From a virus (Duplodnaviria > Caudoviricetes): a stretch of 64,000 bases of DNA. The notes under the pieces were generated by a model. The model searched no databases, was not told the DNA's origin, and saw only the letters and a program-made list of their open reading frames with translations. This document shows positions 43,845-53,076 of the stretch, piece by piece. Location: positions 1 through 64,000 of the IMG/VR virus record IMGVR_UViG_3300036784_000120; one strand, given 5' to 3'. The position numbers were made by a program, and so were the translations under genes. Within the stretch, counting starts at the first letter, position 1, and every line of letters begins with the position of its first letter.

Positions 43845-44756
43845 TCAGACGCCGCTCAGCAGGGCGATCGCCAGCGGCTGGTCCAGGCCGATCGCGCTGG
43901 ACCGCTGCGTGTCGCTGCGCCACGACTTCTGCGATTCGGCGCGGTACAGCGGCCCGGCGAGGAACGGCAGCTCGTCGGCGTAGAAGCCGCACCTGTGCCG
44001 CTGCATGATGATCGCGTTCCCGGCGGGCACCTGGCGGCTGACCAAGACATCCAGATTGAAGATCTTGTTCGGCAGAACACCCGTGTACTGGAGGTTTTCC
44101 GACGCGATGTCGCCGATGTACGGGGCGGCGAACGTGCTCGACTGCAGCAGCGTGTTCTTCGTCCCGTGGTTGATGATCAAGGTGTCGGCTTCAAAGCCGA
44201 GCCACTGCGTCACACCGGACGGCGACACGATGTTGGCGTTCTCGACGAGGTAGACGCCCTGCGCGATGTCCGACCGGGTGGTCGCCGACGCGCTGGCCCA
44301 CGGGTTCGCCACGGCGAGCGTCTGAATGGACGCGTTCGCGACTACCGCCGAGTAGAACGCGGTGTTCCAGCTGTAGACCATCGTGTTCTTGACCTGCAGC
44401 AGCTGCCTGGTCACAGGGTCGATGGCCTGGCGGCGCCGCATTTCGTCCGACACCATGACGGCCATCGCGCGTTCGTGGCTGAACACGACGCGGGGCACGC
44501 CGATCGACGTGGGGACGACCGGCACTTCACCGAACTCAGGGCGGATCTCGGGGAAGTCGTCGGCGTACAGCGGCGTCGACTCCGAGTAGCGGACAGCGCC
44601 GGACGGGGCCGCGCCGCCCATCCGCAGCACCGAGTCCATGATGAACTCGTTTTGGGTGATGTCGAGGATGAGCGCGGGAATGACCAGGGGGTCCTTCAGC
44701 AGCTCGTTGACGGTGATCCGCGGGGCATCTGAGTACCCGCGTGCGCCAGTAGGCAT
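43845..44756 (-). CDS. Major capsid protein
   Basis: ITVNELLKDP..IP...EFGEVP...DTLII...DQPLA; 303 aa; follows protease and decoration genes. Confidence 0.85.
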   Translation of the reverse strand: MPTGARGYSDAPRITVNELLKDPLVIPALILDITQNEFIMDSVLRMGGAAPSGAVRYSESTPLYADDFPEIRPEFGEVPVVPTSIGVPRVVFSHERAMAVMVSDEMRRRQAIDPVTRQLLQVKNTMVYSWNTAFYSAVVANASIQTLAVANPWASASATTRSDIAQGVYLVENANIVSPSGVTQWLGFEADTLIINHGTKNTLLQSSTFAAPYIGDIASENLQYTGVLPNKIFNLDVLVSRQVPAGNAIIMQRHRCGFYADELPFLAGPLYRAESQKSWRSDTQRSSAIGLDQPLAIALLSGV

Positions 44757-44770
44757 CTCTCAGTTCCCCT

Positions 44771-45337
44771 TCAGAAGACCCGGGCCCGGCCCAGGAAGTA
44801 GTAGCTGTTGCCCTGGCCGCCGATCTGCTGCGTGAGCATCGCGGACGACACCCCGCCGGGCTGGGTGCAGCGGGCCACGATCGTGTTCGGCGTGAACGAC
44901 GTGATCGCCGTGCTGGTGAAGAACGGGGTGCCGGCGATGCCGGTCACGCATCCGGCGACCACATGACCGGACGTGCCGGTCCCGATGACCAGCAGTTCCC
45001 CGGCCGCGGCGGGCCCGCCGTACCACACCCAGATGTCGACGCCGCCGTACCAGACGCCCACGTAGTCGCCGAGCACGCTGATGTCGATGAGCGGCTGCCC
45101 GTAGGAGTTGGCGGCACCGGTCTGGGTGGTGATCACGTTCGCGTCGGTGCCCGCCACCCCGAGGACGTTGGGGACGCCGGTCGCCGCGGCGGCGAGGCCG
45201 TTCGGCGCGACCGCCACCGTCAGGTCCGTGGTCCCTGCCGTGATCGTGTTGGGGACCACAAACTGGCCGCCGTAGATGAGACCCGCCGCCTGGTAGTTGG
45301 CCGGGCCGGTCTTGTAGTGCGGCAGGACCGCAGTCAT
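44771..45337 (-). CDS. Capsid decoration/cement protein
   Basis: GPANY...I.GGQ.V...VLGVAG.DA; position before MCP. Confidence 0.65.
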   Translation of the reverse strand: MTAVLPHYKTGPANYQAAGLIYGGQFVVPNTITAGTTDLTVAVAPNGLAAAATGVPNVLGVAGTDANVITTQTGAANSYGQPLIDISVLGDYVGVWYGGVDIWVWYGGPAAAGELLVIGTGTSGHVVAGCVTGIAGTPFFTSTAITSFTPNTIVARCTQPGGVSSAMLTQQIGGQGNSYYFLGRARVF

Positions 45338-45351
45338 CGGCGCGTTCCCTT

Positions 45352-45555
45352 CTAGTTGCCGTTGCTCACGCTGGCGGATTCGCCGAGCTGGTCATGCAGG
45401 GTTGAGGTGGTGACGGCGCGCAAGTTCTGGGCGCCGATCGCGGTCACCTCCGCGGCGGACAGTTCCACCACGGCGCCTTTCGGCAGCGGCCTGGCCGGCT
45501 GCCGGTACCCGGACGCGGCCACCGTCACCGGGGCCGCGACGACGTAACGGGTCAT
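45352..45555 (-). CDS. Small hypothetical head-region protein
   Basis: KGAVVELSAAE; abuts protease stop. Confidence 0.55.
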   Translation of the reverse strand: MTRYVVAAPVTVAASGYRQPARPLPKGAVVELSAAEVTAIGAQNLRAVTTSTLHDQLGESASVSNGN

Positions 45556-46872
45556 CTACTTGAGGCCGGTCACGGTCTTGAACCGGGACACGAGGTCGTC
45601 CCGGGAGGTGGCCGCCTGCCCGCCGTCGCCGGCGTCGTCCGGCTCGTCGTGCGGCGAGCCCATCTCATCGGACAGGTCGAGGAGGCGGGCCTGCCGCGCG
45701 TACTCGGTCAGGACCTTGCGGGTGATCGCGCCCGCATCAACGGTTTTGCCGTTGGCGAGCTCCACCGCCCGCCCGGCGCCCTCGAGCAGCGGCCTGGCCA
45801 GCTCCGTAATGTACGGGGGGACACCCAGGTCGGCGAGGTGCCGCTTCTCCGCCTGATAGTCCTCTTCGCGGAGCCGCGCGGTGACAACCGCGAGTTCCCT
45901 GGCGGTCTCCTCCTGCCGCGCGTTCGCCAAGTCGATCGCGAACTGGGCCTCAGCCGTCAGTCCTGCTGTCACGGGCTCCCCCTCTGGTACGTAATCCGGT
46001 GTGGCATCCGGGGTCCCGGACTCCGCTGCGGCCCATTCGGCTTCCAGCGCGGCGAGCTCGCCGTCGGACATGGCGGCGATCTCGTCAGCCAGCTCGTCGG
46101 CAGCCGCGTCCTCGCCCTGGCCGCCGTCCCCGTCGTCGCCCTCGTCCCCGGTGTCGCCGGGGTCGGTGAGCGCTTCCAGTTCCTCCGGGGTGACCACCGT
46201 GCCGCCCGCCGCGAGCGCGTCGAGAACGTCGTCAGGCAGGTCGAGCAGCTTCGTCAGCCGCTGCTTGTCCGCATCGCTGAGGCTGGTCAGGTCCGGCATG
46301 CCGTCTGTCCCTTCCGGGGGCTGGGTGATCTGGATGGCCGGCGCCTCGCCGGCGAAGTGCAGGGCGGACAGGTCAACTACCTGTTCCGGGACCGGGGTGG
46401 CGGCTTCGATCGCCGTCCATGCGCCGAGCCCGGGGATACGCGGGTCCAGGGTGCCGAGGACATGCTGGATCGCGGCCGGGAAACGCCTGCCGTCGGAGCG
46501 GGCGTAGTCCTCCACGATCCGCGCCGACACACCGAGGTTGGGGTTCTCGGTCAGCACCTTGTTCCCGGCCTCGGTCGGCTGCAGGGTGAGCCACAGGCCG
46601 TCAGGCTCGGCGTCCATCCCCACGATGTCGCCGCGGAACCGTTCGGGGTCGTTCGTGTGCGTGTTCTGCGCGTCCGCCAGCTGGAACGCCACCTGGTCAT
46701 AGGCGCGGTCCCGGAACGCCTGCGCGAGCTGCCCGAGGTAGTCCTTCGTGAAGTGCAGCAGCCGCCCCTTGTACTCCACGTCGCCGACGGGCAGCACCTT
46801 CTTGCGCCACAGCCGGTTGCCGAGCTCCACCGCCTCGCCGGAGGTGAACGGGGTCAGGACCGCGGCGGTCAC
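45556..46872 (-). CDS. Prohead protease/scaffold fusion
   Basis: N-domain with H (NTHTND), GVSARI, HVLGTLDPRIPGL; acidic helical C-terminal scaffold. Confidence 0.75.
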   Translation of the reverse strand: MTAAVLTPFTSGEAVELGNRLWRKKVLPVGDVEYKGRLLHFTKDYLGQLAQAFRDRAYDQVAFQLADAQNTHTNDPERFRGDIVGMDAEPDGLWLTLQPTEAGNKVLTENPNLGVSARIVEDYARSDGRRFPAAIQHVLGTLDPRIPGLGAWTAIEAATPVPEQVVDLSALHFAGEAPAIQITQPPEGTDGMPDLTSLSDADKQRLTKLLDLPDDVLDALAAGGTVVTPEELEALTDPGDTGDEGDDGDGGQGEDAAADELADEIAAMSDGELAALEAEWAAAESGTPDATPDYVPEGEPVTAGLTAEAQFAIDLANARQEETARELAVVTARLREEDYQAEKRHLADLGVPPYITELARPLLEGAGRAVELANGKTVDAGAITRKVLTEYARQARLLDLSDEMGSPHDEPDDAGDGGQAATSRDDLVSRFKTVTGLK

Positions 46873-46875
46873 CGG

Positions 46876-47847
46876 TCAGCCGGCCTTGCCGAACGAGCCG
46901 GCCTTCGTCTTCTGGCTGTTCTTCGCGAACGCCAGCGCCCGCGCGGCGGGGAACCCCTTCGCGATCAGCTTCTTGTAGATGGCCTGCCCCTTCGGGGTGA
47001 GACCGTTGTCGTCGGTGCTGTCACCTGACCCGCCGGCCGTGGTCATCTTCGGCCCGTCGCTGGCACCCGCAGTGGGGGTGGCGAACCCGGCGGAACGCAT
47101 CGCGGGGATGCCGTAGGTGGCCATCAGCGGTGTCTGCACCGGTTCCGGCTGCAGCGGCGCCGCGTCGTGCTCGGGGGTGACAGCGGACCGGATCGCGCCG
47201 TTCCACTGCCCCACCGCCTCCATCAGCGCGGTCCGCTGATGATCACGGGGGGTGAGGTCACGGCCGTTGACAGACGCGACCCACTGGCCGCCTTCGGTTT
47301 TGCGGAGCGACGCGATCGTCGCGCCGCCGTGCCGGTGCCGCAGCACCGCGGTCCCGTCAGCGCCGCGGGCGACAAGCACGTCCATCGGGCCGTGGATGGG
47401 GCGGCGCACTGTCCCGGTCGCCAGCTCGACGGCGCTGCGGGTGCCCGCGAGGGCGTGCGCGGCACCGGTTTTGACGGTCAGCGGCACCCCGTCACGCACA
47501 TACCCGGTGGACGGGGCGGGAGTTTGGAGGTCACCCGGACTGGAGTCCAGGGACGCGCCGCTGGCACCGAACCGGTTCGCGGGCCCCGAATAGCTGCATT
47601 CAGGGCAGGTCAGGGTGAGGCCCTGCTCGTCTTTCGCGGTTTCCGCGAGGTAGATGCCGAGGTCCGGGTTGGCGAGATGCTTGCCGTGCGACAGGCGCCC
47701 CATGCCGCCGGCGCCGTACTTGCGGCGGCCGATGAAAGCGGCGAGCGCGTCCGGGTTGCTGGCACCGCGGGCGGCGAGGGTCGCCGACAGTTTCTTGAAG
47801 CGGGTGCCAGAGCCGAGTTTTGGTGCGGCAAGATCCAGGGATGCCAA
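46876..47847 (-). CDS. Head-associated protein
   Basis: GSGTRFKKL...PDALAAFIGRRKYG motif; first gene after late promoter. Confidence 0.65.
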   Translation of the reverse strand: MASLDLAAPKLGSGTRFKKLSATLAARGASNPDALAAFIGRRKYGAGGMGRLSHGKHLANPDLGIYLAETAKDEQGLTLTCPECSYSGPANRFGASGASLDSSPGDLQTPAPSTGYVRDGVPLTVKTGAAHALAGTRSAVELATGTVRRPIHGPMDVLVARGADGTAVLRHRHGGATIASLRKTEGGQWVASVNGRDLTPRDHQRTALMEAVGQWNGAIRSAVTPEHDAAPLQPEPVQTPLMATYGIPAMRSAGFATPTAGASDGPKMTTAGGSGDSTDDNGLTPKGQAIYKKLIAKGFPAARALAFAKNSQKTKAGSFGKAG

Positions 47848-47886
47848 CGGAATGCCTTCCCGACTGGCAACCCCTGCCTAGCGCAT

Positions 47887-47921
47887 AGCATAGCCCGCGT
47901 GCACGTGCAGATGCACGTGCA
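47887..47921 (-). promoter_or_regulatory. Putative late promoter, copy 2
   Basis: TGCACGTGCA-GA-TGCACGTGCA (47900-47921), 7 nt, then -10 TATGCT on minus strand. Confidence 0.65.
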
Positions 47922-47938
47922 CGCGGCTAGAGTTTTCG

Positions 47939-48041
47939 GGTGAGGCCGGGCGTAATGGGCTGGCTACCCCTGCCGGCAAGTACGCCCGGCCTCACCGCCG
48001 GAAACGCAAACGGCCGGGGCAGCAGACCACCCCGGCCGTTT
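47939..48041. terminator. Two tandem strong hairpins
   Basis: 16-bp stem 47939-47954/47981-47996; 12-bp stem 48008-48019/48030-48041. Confidence 0.6.
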
Positions 48042-48192
48042 CGCATCCCCATGCTCACGCTCAGGCCCGTTCCCGGACCTAAATAGATGTGGACGAACTA
48101 GACCCGATCGAAGACCTGACCGCCGCCATCACCGACGAGCACATCGAAGTCGAACTGTTCCTGCTGACGATGAAGTGGCTCGGGTACCTGGA

Positions 48193-48318
48193 CTAACCGG
48201 ACCGGTGCTGGCGGGCCTTGGCCGCCGCGTACCTCGCGTCCCTCCGCCGCACCCTCGCAGCGGCCCGCGCCAGCCGCCGCCCCGCCAGCCACGCCCTGAC
48301 CTTGCCGATCGGGGTCAC
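48193..48318 (-). CDS. 41-aa basic peptide
   Basis: GTGA overlap with DivIVA-like stop; MTPIGKVRAWLAGRRLARAAARVRRR... Confidence 0.4.
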   Translation of the reverse strand: MTPIGKVRAWLAGRRLARAAARVRRRDARYAAAKARQHRSG

Positions 48319-48914
48319 TCCCCGGCGGCGAGGTGACCCGGCGGGGCCGCCCGGCCGTCTGCGGCGTCATCCGCGACCCACCTCGTCACCTGCTTCTCCA
48401 ACGGCTCGAGGGCACCCACCGCGCCGCGGATCACGGTCAGCAGGTAGGCCAGCTGGTTCGGGTGCACCGGCGCGGCCGCCAGGATCTTCGCCACCTGCCG
48501 GCCCGCTTCCTCCCCGGCCACGGTGATAACCCGGTCCCGTTCAGCGACACCCTCCTGCACGATGCCGTTCCGTTCGGTCACCGCGTCCTGCACGATCACG
48601 TCGAACTGGTGCCGGGCGGCCTCCACGATCTGCCCGCCCTGGATCCGTGCGCTGGTGATGGTGCCGTCAGCGGTCCGCTGCGCGGCGACCAGGATCCGTT
48701 CACCGTGGCTGGTCACCGCCGACCGCAGATCATCCATCTCCGCGGTGAGCCGGGTGATCTCAGCGAGCCGCGCGTCCAGTTCACGCGCCACGTCGAGCTG
48801 GAACGCATGCACCTCGGCTGCGGAAATCCCGCCGAAGCGCACCGCCTGAAACGTGATGCCCCGGATGTCGCCGGGAGTCAGCCGTCTCTGGCCAGAAGGC
48901 CCGGTGTGTCCCAT
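48315..48914 (-). CDS. DivIVA-domain coiled-coil protein
   Basis: LTPGDIRGITF...GG....EVHAF then coiled coil and ILVAAQRTAD. Confidence 0.8.
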   Translation of the reverse strand: MGHTGPSGQRRLTPGDIRGITFQAVRFGGISAAEVHAFQLDVARELDARLAEITRLTAEMDDLRSAVTSHGERILVAAQRTADGTITSARIQGGQIVEAARHQFDVIVQDAVTERNGIVQEGVAERDRVITVAGEEAGRQVAKILAAAPVHPNQLAYLLTVIRGAVGALEPLEKQVTRWVADDAADGRAAPPGHLAAGE

Positions 48915-49004
48915 GTTCGCTTCGCGGCCGGCCCGCCCTCCTCGCTCCCCTTGCCGGCGGCCGCTTCCTCCCTTCTCGGGTGATCGCATGACAGGTGTCA
49001 TGCG

Positions 49005-50144
49005 CTATTGCGGCGCCGATCTGAAGTCTTCGGTGAGGATGTGTTCCGCGGGCACGCCGCGGGCGGTGAGCTGCTCGACAGCGGACGCCGCCATGGCGGA
49101 CGGGCCGGCGGCCAGGACATCATGGCCGCGCCAGTCGCCTGCCTGCGCCGCCACGACAGCGACCGGGCCGTGTTCCCCGCGCCAGCCGGGGGTGACCGCC
49201 GGGCCGGCGGCAACCGCATAGGTGACGGTCAGCCACGGGTACCGTTCCGCGAGCGCGTCGAGTTCCGGGGCGGCGTACAGGTCACGGGGGATCCCGGCGC
49301 CGAAGAACAGGTTCACGGGAAGCACGGTCTGGCGCCGTGCTGCGAGCTCGTAGATGATCGCGAGCATCGGCGCGACCCCGGAGCCTTCCGCGATCATCAG
49401 CAGGGGCCGCGGCGATGCCGGGTCAGCGTAGAGAGAGCCGCCGGTCCGGCCGAGCCGCAGCCGGTCACCGGGCCCGGCATGCAAGGCGAGAGACGGTGCC
49501 ACAAGAGCCCCCTCGGTCATCTGCACGTGGAAAATGATGTCCCGGCGGCCGGGGAGGGTCGCAGGCGCGAACCACTGCCAGTACCGGGGTGCCCCCGCCG
49601 GGAACTGGACGTGGATCCGCTGCCCGGCCCGCCACATCACCGGCTGCTCCGGGCGGGCATGGAGGATAGTGACATCCGCGGTGACCCGTTCCGCGCTGGT
49701 GACCTCCGCTTCCTGCCAGCGGGGCACCCCGGCGTTCACGGCGTCTTTCGCGCCGTTCTGCATGATGTCGGCGATCACCCCGTACGCCTCCGCCCACGTC
49801 GCCTCGAGTTCCGGGGTCCAGGCGTCCCCCGCGAACTTCGCCAGCGTTGCGAGGAGGGCTTCGCCGACCATCGGGTAATGCTCGGGGAGCACCTCATGCT
49901 CAAGGCCGTGGTGGGTGCCGAGCTTGGCCAGGTAGCCGCTGAGGGCTTCCGGGTCGTCGACAGAAGTGATGATGCGGATCAGGGCCTGCAGCAGCACGTC
50001 CCGCTGTTCGGTCATCCCTGCCGGGAACATTCTGCGGACCGGTTCCCCGCCGAGGAGGAACAGCCGGGCGTAAAACACTTCAGCGAGTTCCCCGGCCTGC
50101 GGGGCGACGAGCGCGAAACTCTTCTTGAGTAGCTCGGTGTCCAC
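49005..50144 (-). CDS. Flavohemoprotein-like (globin + ferredoxin-reductase-like domains)
   Basis: LLKKSF...FYARLF...MF...EQR...LG..H...HYPMVGEALL...W.EAY; IAEGSGVAPM; AGPSAM. Confidence 0.85.
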   Translation of the reverse strand: MDTELLKKSFALVAPQAGELAEVFYARLFLLGGEPVRRMFPAGMTEQRDVLLQALIRIITSVDDPEALSGYLAKLGTHHGLEHEVLPEHYPMVGEALLATLAKFAGDAWTPELEATWAEAYGVIADIMQNGAKDAVNAGVPRWQEAEVTSAERVTADVTILHARPEQPVMWRAGQRIHVQFPAGAPRYWQWFAPATLPGRRDIIFHVQMTEGALVAPSLALHAGPGDRLRLGRTGGSLYADPASPRPLLMIAEGSGVAPMLAIIYELAARRQTVLPVNLFFGAGIPRDLYAAPELDALAERYPWLTVTYAVAAGPAVTPGWRGEHGPVAVVAAQAGDWRGHDVLAAGPSAMAASAVEQLTARGVPAEHILTEDFRSAPQ

Positions 50145-50422
50145 GGCGACTCCAGCTGCACAGGCCACCCGGTGCCTGAAACCAAGGTGACGATGCCACC
50201 GGACACTAACACTGACGGCACGTCCCGTCACTAGCAGTTTGCCGAAAAGACACCTGCGGCCGGGACAGACTGTCCCGGATGGGAAAGACACCCGGCCCCC
50301 GGCTAAGCGCTGGTCACCGGAGGCCGGGCGTTCCCGGGATGCGGCACGCGCAACCGCGCTGCCGGGCCGTGACCAGGAAACACGGTTTCAGGCTGCTCGC
50401 GCCGCGCCACGATCGCGGTTCT

Positions 50423-51085
50423 TCAGACTAGCGTGCCGTGCGCCTCCCACAAGGTGCCCTGCTGGTTGACTTCCCGCAGCCATCCCAGCACCTCGGGCAG
50501 GTTCACGTCCGGCGCGAACGCCAGGTGCGTGCCGTCGGCTGAATCGCAGCCGATCGCGCGGGCGTACCTCAGCCGGGCCAGCGAGTTGACCCGCCCCATG
50601 TGGACATGCTTCCCGCGGGCCTTAGCCTCCGCGGTCAGGGCCCGCGCCGCGGCACCCAGCTTCCACTCGGTTGACCCGCCGAGGAACAGCGCGTCGAACC
50701 AGGTCCACGGCACGTCCAGGTCCTCGAGCCCGTCCTGCGCGACCAGCGCCACGGGCAGCCCGAACCACGCCCGGACCCGGTACACGAACCGGGCTGACCG
50801 CTCGATCGTCGCCGCGGCGTCGCCGAGCACGTCCGGCGCGGTCGCGAACACGCACCGCCGCCGTGACTGCGCCGACAGGTGCGACAGGAACTGCAGGTAC
50901 GCCCGGTCACCCGGGTAGCCGGTGCCGGCCTGACCGTCTTTCCCCGGCCCGCAGTTGTTGTCGATGCAGAACAGCGCGCCGGCCGGCAGCCGGTTACGCT
51001 GCCGCGGGGTCAGGATCGCCCCGAGAGACCCCGTGGCCATCGCCGCGCGGACCCGGGGTGTTGAGGGGTTCGCGAAGTACAGCAC
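50423..51085 (-). CDS. TGT/DpdA-like TIM-barrel protein (putative base exchange)
   Basis: IDN, APDVLGD, VAQDG, LFLGGS, VHMGRVN, CDSADGT motif order. Confidence 0.5.
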   Translation of the reverse strand: MLYFANPSTPRVRAAMATGSLGAILTPRQRNRLPAGALFCIDNNCGPGKDGQAGTGYPGDRAYLQFLSHLSAQSRRRCVFATAPDVLGDAAATIERSARFVYRVRAWFGLPVALVAQDGLEDLDVPWTWFDALFLGGSTEWKLGAAARALTAEAKARGKHVHMGRVNSLARLRYARAIGCDSADGTHLAFAPDVNLPEVLGWLREVNQQGTLWEAHGTLV

Positions 51086-51086
51086 G

Positions 51087-51923
51087 TCACGCCGCCAGCA
51101 GCGGACTGTCCCGTTTCGGGTACGGGCCCGGCTCCATCGCGACCTTGACCGCGTTGCGGGCAGCCTTAGTGGTGCCGAGCGCGCACGCGTACCGCAGGTT
51201 GCCGTGGTGGCGGAACTTGACTGCGCCGATGTCTTCCAGCTGGTCAGCGAGCCACGTCGTAGGGTTCTCGCCGGCGCGGACCGGCCGGGCCCCGAGCGCG
51301 ATGAGCTGCTTCTCGGCGTACTCGTGGCCTCGGTCCTGCGCGCGGATCTTCTGCGCGGCCCGGTCAGACAGCACGGTCGCGTCAGGCAGCATCGTCAGCG
51401 TGCGGGGTGTGGAGCGGCCGAGGTACAGCGCGTTGCTGGCCTGGTAGATCGTGCCCCAATGCCCCGGTTTGAAGACTGTCCCGTCCGTCAGGCACCGTTC
51501 AACCGGGTCGGCGAACATGACCGCCCCGCGGAACCCCGCCTCAGCGGCCAGCCGCCGCACTTCCCCGATCATCCAGCTTTCCCCGTTCGCCGGCACTTCC
51601 GGCAGCAGGCAGAACCGGCCCAGGTCAGCGCTCTCCGTGTACGGCTCGAGGCCCGGGAACACTGACGTGAGCACCGACCGCTGCGCGGGCACTGACAGCA
51701 CCGCGACACCGACCAGTCGGCCGGTGTCAGCCTCGAACATGCCGTAGTTCCTCAGCGACGCCGGGAACGTCCCGGCGTAGTGGACAGACTCAATGAACGG
51801 CTTCGCCAGCGCCTGCACAATCTCGGTGACGTAGTAGCGGGATGCGTCGAACCCGCCGTCTTCCGGCCGCCGCCACGACGGGCGGCGGCCGAAATCCCAG
51901 CGCTGGCACGCAATGTTCTGCAT
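51087..51923 (-). CDS. mom: Mom-family (GNAT) DNA adenine modification protein
   Basis: AKPFIESVHY...LVGVAV...LGRFCLL...NGESWMI...MFADP...HWGTIYQASNALYLG. Confidence 0.8.
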   Translation of the reverse strand: MQNIACQRWDFGRRPSWRRPEDGGFDASRYYVTEIVQALAKPFIESVHYAGTFPASLRNYGMFEADTGRLVGVAVLSVPAQRSVLTSVFPGLEPYTESADLGRFCLLPEVPANGESWMIGEVRRLAAEAGFRGAVMFADPVERCLTDGTVFKPGHWGTIYQASNALYLGRSTPRTLTMLPDATVLSDRAAQKIRAQDRGHEYAEKQLIALGARPVRAGENPTTWLADQLEDIGAVKFRHHGNLRYACALGTTKAARNAVKVAMEPGPYPKRDSPLLAA

Positions 51924-52062
51924 GGATATCAGCCCCCCTCGGGGCAAGCGGTGTCCCGAGTGGTCGAGGTGGTCGAGAGTGGCGGTCTCCCTGGTGGAGT
52001 ACCGCCAGCCCTTCTCATACCACTTGCGGTACTCCGGGTTGGCGGCTTGAGCCTGCGCATCG

Positions 52063-52380
52063 TCATGACGGCACCTCGCACAGCGTGCACTTGGCGCGGC
52101 CGGACTTCGACGCGAGCCGGCGGCATGGCGTCTTCACTGTCGGCCCTATGGCCGTCTCTTGCGTCCACACCGCGATCGGCGCACCGAGAGCACCCTTGAT
52201 GTACAGGCCGGGCACGGTGCCGAACACCTCGCGGCCGTCAAGATCGTCATGGTTGCGGAGCACGTCGCCGCCCCGCCCGCCGGTCACCCGATATTCGGTC
52301 CGCTCGTGCTGGCCGTTCCACAGGTCGGTGTACACGAGCCTCAGCTCGCCTGACTCGTCGTGTGCCAGGAACTTCCTCAT
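52063..52380 (-). CDS. Hypothetical protein
   Basis: GGAGG RBS; coupled. Confidence 0.55.
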   Translation of the reverse strand: MRKFLAHDESGELRLVYTDLWNGQHERTEYRVTGGRGGDVLRNHDDLDGREVFGTVPGLYIKGALGAPIAVWTQETAIGPTVKTPCRRLASKSGRAKCTLCEVPS

Positions 52381-52685
52381 TGCTCGCCCTCCGTGATCTG
52401 GTCGCAGTCGTGTGGCTGGCCGGCACCGTCGACGAGGTCGACGGCCTGGCCGTCCGTGCCGGGCTTCGGCTTCAGGAGCGTGCCGCAGTGCGGGCACGGG
52501 GTCCCGGCGTCGCCGATGATTTCCAGGCAGTCGGGGCACGGGCGCTGCGATGTGCAGCCTGGCCGTGAGCAGGACACCCGGATGTTGATGCCGATCAGGT
52601 CCTCGCGCGGGAGGTCAGGCATTGCAAGCCGCCTCATGGCTTCGCGCTGCAGCCGCTTGATGCCCTCGTCCGTGGTCATATCCAT
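52377..52685 (-). CDS. Cys-rich hypothetical protein
   Basis: C...C...CPDC...CPHC. Confidence 0.55.
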   Translation of the reverse strand: MDMTTDEGIKRLQREAMRRLAMPDLPREDLIGINIRVSCSRPGCTSQRPCPDCLEIIGDAGTPCPHCGTLLKPKPGTDGQAVDLVDGAGQPHDCDQITEGEQ

Positions 52686-53062
52686 CTCCTGACGCTCTTG
52701 CTGAATGCCTCCGGGCCGCCGGCGACGGCGATGAGCCGTTGCACCAGCGAGTCCAGGGAGCGGGCGGCGGACAGGTAGCCCAGCCGCTCGCCGGGGCTGT
52801 TCATCGAGTCGCCGGCGTTGTCGGCCGGGATGTCCCGGCTGGACGTGACCCGGTACAGGGCGGCGTCCAGGTTCTGCTGCCCGGCCCGGATGGTGAGCAC
52901 GGCCGGGCCCCTGCTCGTGCGGCCGGTCCAGGCCAGCTCGCCCCAGTCCGGGTTGCCACCGGCGGCGTCGATGTCCAGGCCGTGATCGACTTCGGCGGCC
53001 TGGAACGGCGTCAGCCGCATGGTGATCGTGCCGTCGTCTAGCCGGTGGTCGTTCGTGTTCAT
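52676..53062 (-). CDS. Hypothetical protein
   Basis: AGGAG RBS. Confidence 0.6.
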   Translation of the reverse strand: MNTNDHRLDDGTITMRLTPFQAAEVDHGLDIDAAGGNPDWGELAWTGRTSRGPAVLTIRAGQQNLDAALYRVTSSRDIPADNAGDSMNSPGERLGYLSAARSLDSLVQRLIAVAGGPEAFSKSVRRWI

Positions 53063-53076
53063 ATCCCACTCCTACT

